A stretch of DNA of 64,000 nucleotides. Origin: Promethearchaeota archaeon. GTDB lineage: Archaea; Asgardarchaeota; Lokiarchaeia; Sigyniarchaeales; SOKP01. Shown in pieces: positions 60,232 to 64,000 of the stretch. Position 1 is the stretch's first letter. Each line of letters opens with the position of its first letter. A program made the position numbers and the translations under genes. The stretch lies in contig JBHLNF010000006.1 in the NCBI GenBank assembly GCA_048937405.1, forward strand, positions 32,001 through 96,000, in the 5' to 3' direction. The notes beneath the pieces were generated by a model that had not been told where the DNA came from, did not search any database, and worked only from the letters and a program-made list of their open reading frames with translations.

Positions 60232-61518
60232 TTATCTTGTTTTTGGTGGTTTTATTAAATATGCTAATATGGCAGCCCCTACAGATAGAAAGCACATTAC
60301 TATAAATAATATTAAATAACTTCCGAAAGCAGTTACAAATATATTTACACCAACAGCTCCTACAAATCCTGCAATTCCATAAGCTGTAAACACTACGCCA
60401 TAATTAGGCCCTAAGTTTTCTGAGCCAAATAAATCAGCGGTTGCTGTAGGAAATAAACTGAAATTACCACCGAAGCAGAAGTATATGGCGCAAGTCATAA
60501 ACATAAAATAGAGTTCGTTAACATTTGAAGTAAAATAAATACTCATCAGAATTGCTTGAGTTATAAACATTACTAACATAGCTTTTTTATATGTTATTAT
60601 ATCGGCTAATTTACCCCATATTATTCTTCCTAATCCATTGAATAATGCTGCTAAACTGCCTATTAATACAAAATCAGCAGTACCTATCACATAAATAAAA
60701 TTGTCCGTAGCATCGACAGTTTTTGCAAAAGATGCATAAGATCCTATTACCATTAAGCCCGACATTGCACTTAAGACAAAAGTAGCCCAAAGCATCCAGA
60801 ATTGAGGCAATTTTATGGTTTCATATCGTTCAAATTCGATTCCTGAAATCCCACTTTCTTCTGAGGGGGGAGGTGGCATCCAACCCTCTGGTCTCCATCC
60901 CTCTGGAGGGTTACTTAAAGTCAGAGCTCCTCCTATTACTAAAACTAAATATATAATTCCTAAAACAATAAACATTATAGGAATATTATTAGTAATTGAT
61001 GATAGAAAATTAGAATCTGTGGTTTCCAAATTATTGGGATTAGCAAGAGCTTTTATTACATAATTAAAGATAAAAGATCCTGCTCCAAAACCTGCCACAG
61101 CGATTCCATTAATAAATCCTTTTTTATCGGGAAACCACTTGCTTGCACAAGCAATAGGGCATACGTATCCAAATCCAATTCCTGCCCCAAAAAGAATTCC
61201 ATATGTGAATAATAAGCCAGTAAAAGTAGTCATAGCCGCTGATAATATAACTCCAGTTCCAAGTAAAATGCCTCCCAATATCGCTATCTTCTTAGGACCA
61301 TATTTATTTTGTAATTGTCCCGCGAAAATCATAATAATAGCAAATGTCAATAATCCTGCCCCAAAAATATAGACAGTTACTTCTTTTGCCTCATTTAGAT
61401 ATGGACTAACAAAAATGGTAAGAGTACCCCATGAATAAATTGTTCCTAATGCGAGTTGTATCAAAATAGCACCAATTACAACAATCCAACGGTTCCTAAC
61501 TTTTAACACTTCAGTCAT
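60232..61518 (-). CDS. OFA (oxalate/formate antiporter) family MFS transporter
   Basis: GTIYSW, KWFPDKKG...G.AVAGFGAG, FNGLGRIIWG.LAD, GGNFSLFP, NYG..FTAYG. Confidence 0.92.
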   Translation of the reverse strand: MTEVLKVRNRWIVVIGAILIQLALGTIYSWGTLTIFVSPYLNEAKEVTVYIFGAGLLTFAIIMIFAGQLQNKYGPKKIAILGGILLGTGVILSAAMTTFTGLLFTYGILFGAGIGFGYVCPIACASKWFPDKKGFINGIAVAGFGAGSFIFNYVIKALANPNNLETTDSNFLSSITNNIPIMFIVLGIIYLVLVIGGALTLSNPPEGWRPEGWMPPPPSEESGISGIEFERYETIKLPQFWMLWATFVLSAMSGLMVIGSYASFAKTVDATDNFIYVIGTADFVLIGSLAALFNGLGRIIWGKLADIITYKKAMLVMFITQAILMSIYFTSNVNELYFMFMTCAIYFCFGGNFSLFPTATADLFGSENLGPNYGVVFTAYGIAGFVGAVGVNIFVTAFGSYLILFIVMCFLSVGAAILAYLIKPPKTR

Positions 61519-61733
61519 TTTTTATCTATCTAACAAAATTATATATGGATTGAAATTATTTGAAAGATTTAAACCTTGTTTTAATATTTTACAAATCAGT
61601 TGAATTATGAATTTATTAATTATAGACATAAAAGAGAAGTTATCACTATTTCCTAACTTTAAAAAAAAAAATAATTAAAATATGCCATATTAGTAAGTTT
61701 TATATCAAAATAAGCTTTTAGTATGCTATTATC

Positions 61734-62759
61734 ATGAGATTCATTACAGGATTAAAAAATCTGTCAAAAAAGAAATTATTATTAACAATTATTATAATTT
61801 TCATCATTTCTTGGATTTTATTGCTTTTTGGGGCAATTTTATCAAATGACACGTTTACTGGATTTATCTTCATTTTTATATTAGTTTTAGCAGCATTTAC
61901 TTTTATACTATTAATTTTTTCCCTTTTTTTCAATCTTGATGAAAGAGCAACATTTGTAGTAATAACATCATTCATCTTATTTTTACCTATTGCGTTCGTT
62001 TTTAATAATTTTATTTGGACGTTTTTTGGTTTCTGCTTTGTTGCTAATCAGATATTTACTGCTTTCTTTGCGTTCAAATTTTGTATGGATACATCTACTA
62101 CAGTAGATGATTATTTATATAGGAAGAAGGGATCAAGGATATTTATGAGAATATTAGAATTCGTTGTTTTTCTAGTTCTTACAATGTTATTCGTTATTTT
62201 CATTATACGACAATTTAAAAATTCGAGTAATCCAGACGTTCAAGCTTTAGGAGTTGTCCTCGAAAGAATTTATCTTATTCTAATAGTGATTGATACTATA
62301 TTATTTGTATTTGGAATACTACGATTTATCCCTACTAAGAAATTTCCTGCTTACATTTCTCTTTTCTATCTCTTAACATTTATCTATATGTTCTATTTAG
62401 TTATAAGTCTTTCATTAAAATATAGCCCTGATAACGCTTATAATTGGCTTTCATTTATAATTGATTTATTTATCTTCTTGTATCTTCTTGGTTCTATATT
62501 CGAACGAGTTGAGTATATCAAAGAAAGTATTAAAATATTAGGTGCAGATACAATTGCATTATTTGTAATATTAATGAAATTAATTGTACAAATCGTTGAT
62601 ATTATATTGATTTCTGGCAAGCCCCTAAACCCTGATGCAGAAAAGTTTATACTTGGTTCCATTTTTGTTTTATTACTATGTTTTGCTCTCTTTACTCTAT
62701 TGATAGGTCTCTATAAGATTTTCGCTCATAAAGAAGGGAAAAAGTCAAAACATTCATAA
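61734..62759 (+). CDS. Multi-pass membrane protein of unknown function
   Basis: About 10 TM segments, 341 aa. Confidence 0.7.
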   Translation: MRFITGLKNLSKKKLLLTIIIIFIISWILLLFGAILSNDTFTGFIFIFILVLAAFTFILLIFSLFFNLDERATFVVITSFILFLPIAFVFNNFIWTFFGFCFVANQIFTAFFAFKFCMDTSTTVDDYLYRKKGSRIFMRILEFVVFLVLTMLFVIFIIRQFKNSSNPDVQALGVVLERIYLILIVIDTILFVFGILRFIPTKKFPAYISLFYLLTFIYMFYLVISLSLKYSPDNAYNWLSFIIDLFIFLYLLGSIFERVEYIKESIKILGADTIALFVILMKLIVQIVDIILISGKPLNPDAEKFILGSIFVLLLCFALFTLLIGLYKIFAHKEGKKSKHS

Positions 62760-62853
62760 TTTCTATTAAGTAAGCATACGCTTCAGTCAAAATTTTTAAA
62801 TATTATTTATTAATATATAATAAATTGGCATATTAAATTAAAAAGGATAAGTT

Positions 62854-63099
62854 ATGAGTGAATCTGATTTAACTGAATTAAGAAAGGGAAAAACCAATAA
62901 GATTCTTATACTAGTACTAATAATAATAGGATTTGGAATGATTATTACAGTTCTTATTATCTTGTACATAAATATTGGAATTGATACTGGAGGATGAGGT
63001 TGTGCACTTATTGGTTTCATAAAGATCATGTCTACCCAAAATTCTTTAAACAATGATTATATCGAACTAATTAAAAAAATTGGCACATTTCTCATATAA
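62854..63099 (+). CDS. Candidate single-TM selenoprotein (Sec48 in GGUGC), not in ORF track
   Basis: MSESDLTELRKGKTNKILILVLIIIGFGMIITVLIILYINIGIDTGG-TGA(62995-62997)-GCALIGFIKIMSTQNSLNNDYIELIKKIGTFLI-TAA, with a SECIS-like hairpin immediately downstream. Confidence 0.7.
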
Positions 63100-63158
63100 T
63101 TACCAAATGGAATGATTCTTTCTAAAAAATGCTAGTAGAAAGATGACTTACCTTGTAA
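63100..63158 (+). promoter_or_regulatory. Eukaryote/Lokiarchaeota-type SECIS element (3' UTR)
   Basis: ATGA(63112-15) T TCTTTCTA [AAAAATGCTAG] TAGAAAGA T GA(63145-46) C: non-Watson-Crick quartet, perfect 8-bp helix, A-run at loop start, imperfect lower helix (ttac..gg / cc..gtaa). Confidence 0.72.
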
Positions 63159-63317
63159 GGTTATTGGTAAAAAAGATCATTTTTAAAAAAAATCTCAAGT
63201 AATAAGAATTTATTATCGAGACCTTGTTTAATTAAAAAGGATGGATATTCTGTTTTTTTTAATTATAAAACATTCCATAATAATAAATTTTAAAAATCCA
63301 ACAAATCTACGTAAAAT

Positions 63318-63470
63318 ATGCCAAAAGTTATACTCGAAGTAAATGAAAAAAAGATACCACTAAAAGATTTTATGCAAGAAATGCTTACAAATATAGTACT
63401 TGGTTATTTAAATTCTACAAAAGGAGTACCGGATGATATAAAGGACATTAAAATTAATATTAATTTATAA
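63318..63470 (+). CDS. 50-aa protein resembling the C-terminal extension of MobB, not in ORF track
   Basis: MPKVILEVNEKKIPLKDFMQEMLTNIVLGYLNSTKGVPDDIKDIKININL*; fits a V.L.VN...IPL..F......N...G......KG pattern. Confidence 0.65.
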   Translation: MPKVILEVNEKKIPLKDFMQEMLTNIVLGYLNSTKGVPDDIKDIKININL

Positions 63471-63787
63471 CTTTTTTAATTTAATTTATAAAGTAAATTA
63501 ACACTCTGTTAAGATTGTTATAAAGAATGCCAACCCGATAAAAGCTGTCTGTTTTAAATTAAATTTATCAGTTGATTCTGACATTTTTTTAATCAATTTT
63601 TTGTAAATAATTGATTATATATTAAATTTTTATTTCTTAAATAAATAGATCAGGGACTAATTAAGATTAATACTAAAATTACATTAATATATTATTCAAT
63701 CTCAATTTAAAACTCAAAATTTCCAGATTTGAAAGAATTTAAAAGAATTATAAATTCTCCAAAGTAATAGAAATTTTATTCGAAATT

Positions 63788-64000
63788 ATGAAATTAGAAC
63801 CTGAATGTATTGGATGTCTTTTCGATCAAATACTAAAAGCATTTAAATTACTTAAACCGGATATTTCTCGTGAAATTATCATCTCTACTCAAAAAAAGCT
63901 AATGAAACATCTAATAGCTATTGATTCTAGCAATTATCCTGCTCCAATTCTAGGTAAAATTGCATATACAATAGTTGCTGAGACTCTGGGAGAAATTGAT
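63788..64000 (+). CDS. DUF89/ARMT1-like damage-control phosphatase, 5' part (truncated by window)
   Basis: MKLEPECIGCLFDQ N-terminus (ECxxC) ... PAPILG......ETLGEID. Confidence 0.8.
   Translation, partial: MKLEPECIGCLFDQILKAFKLLKPDISREIIISTQKKLMKHLIAIDSSNYPAPILGKIAYTIVAETLGEID

Noticed and set aside
62838-63053. Track ORF of 71 aa on the minus strand
   Set aside because: Antisense shadow of the plus-strand TM/Sec ORF; no recognisable features
62994-63056. Alternative reading: ATG within GGAGGATGAGG starting a separate ORF (MRLCTYWFHKDHVYPKFFKQ*)
   Set aside because: Only 20 codons, no spacing between the SD-like GGAGG and the ATG, and it does not explain the downstream SECIS-like element

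Overview
Very AT-rich archaeal chromosome segment. Gene content points to an Asgard archaeon, most likely Lokiarchaeia/Promethearchaeota (inference): tandem Roadblock/LC7 genes, a ubiquitin-like protein, longin-like domains, a TPR protein with a longin-like tail, AN1 and C4HC3 zinc fingers, IPG/IPF-TM-basic C-terminal anchors, and many TTG starts. Main observations: (1) An ORF missing from the track (62854-63099, +) encodes an 81-aa single-TM protein with an in-frame TGA in a G-G-U-G-C context, followed 12 nt after its TAA by a eukaryote/Loki-type SECIS-like hairpin (ATGA, 8-bp stem, A-rich loop, GA). This is a candidate novel selenoprotein whose GGUG motif recalls SELENOK/SELENOS. (2) A 12-gene sulfur-relay/heterodisulfide reductase operon (tusA-dsrEFH-dsrE2-hdrCBA-mvhD-mvhG*-frhB::gltD-tusA) lies divergent from an Lrp regulator. 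Its hydrogenase large subunit appears reduced to a Cys-less fragment fused to the small subunit, and a GltD/NfnB module is nested inside an FrhB domain. (3) Also present: a decayed IS200/IS605 TnpB element with an intact right end just upstream of metG, a ~260-bp diverged direct repeat bracketing an inserted surface-protein gene, a divergent RtcB-like ligase, a vWA protein with tandem zinc fingers, an MsrP-cytochrome b fusion, several small ORFs missed by the track, and apparent non-canonical (TTA/ATA) starts. No rRNA, tRNA or CRISPR array was recognised. All family calls are from motif recognition by eye, not database searches.
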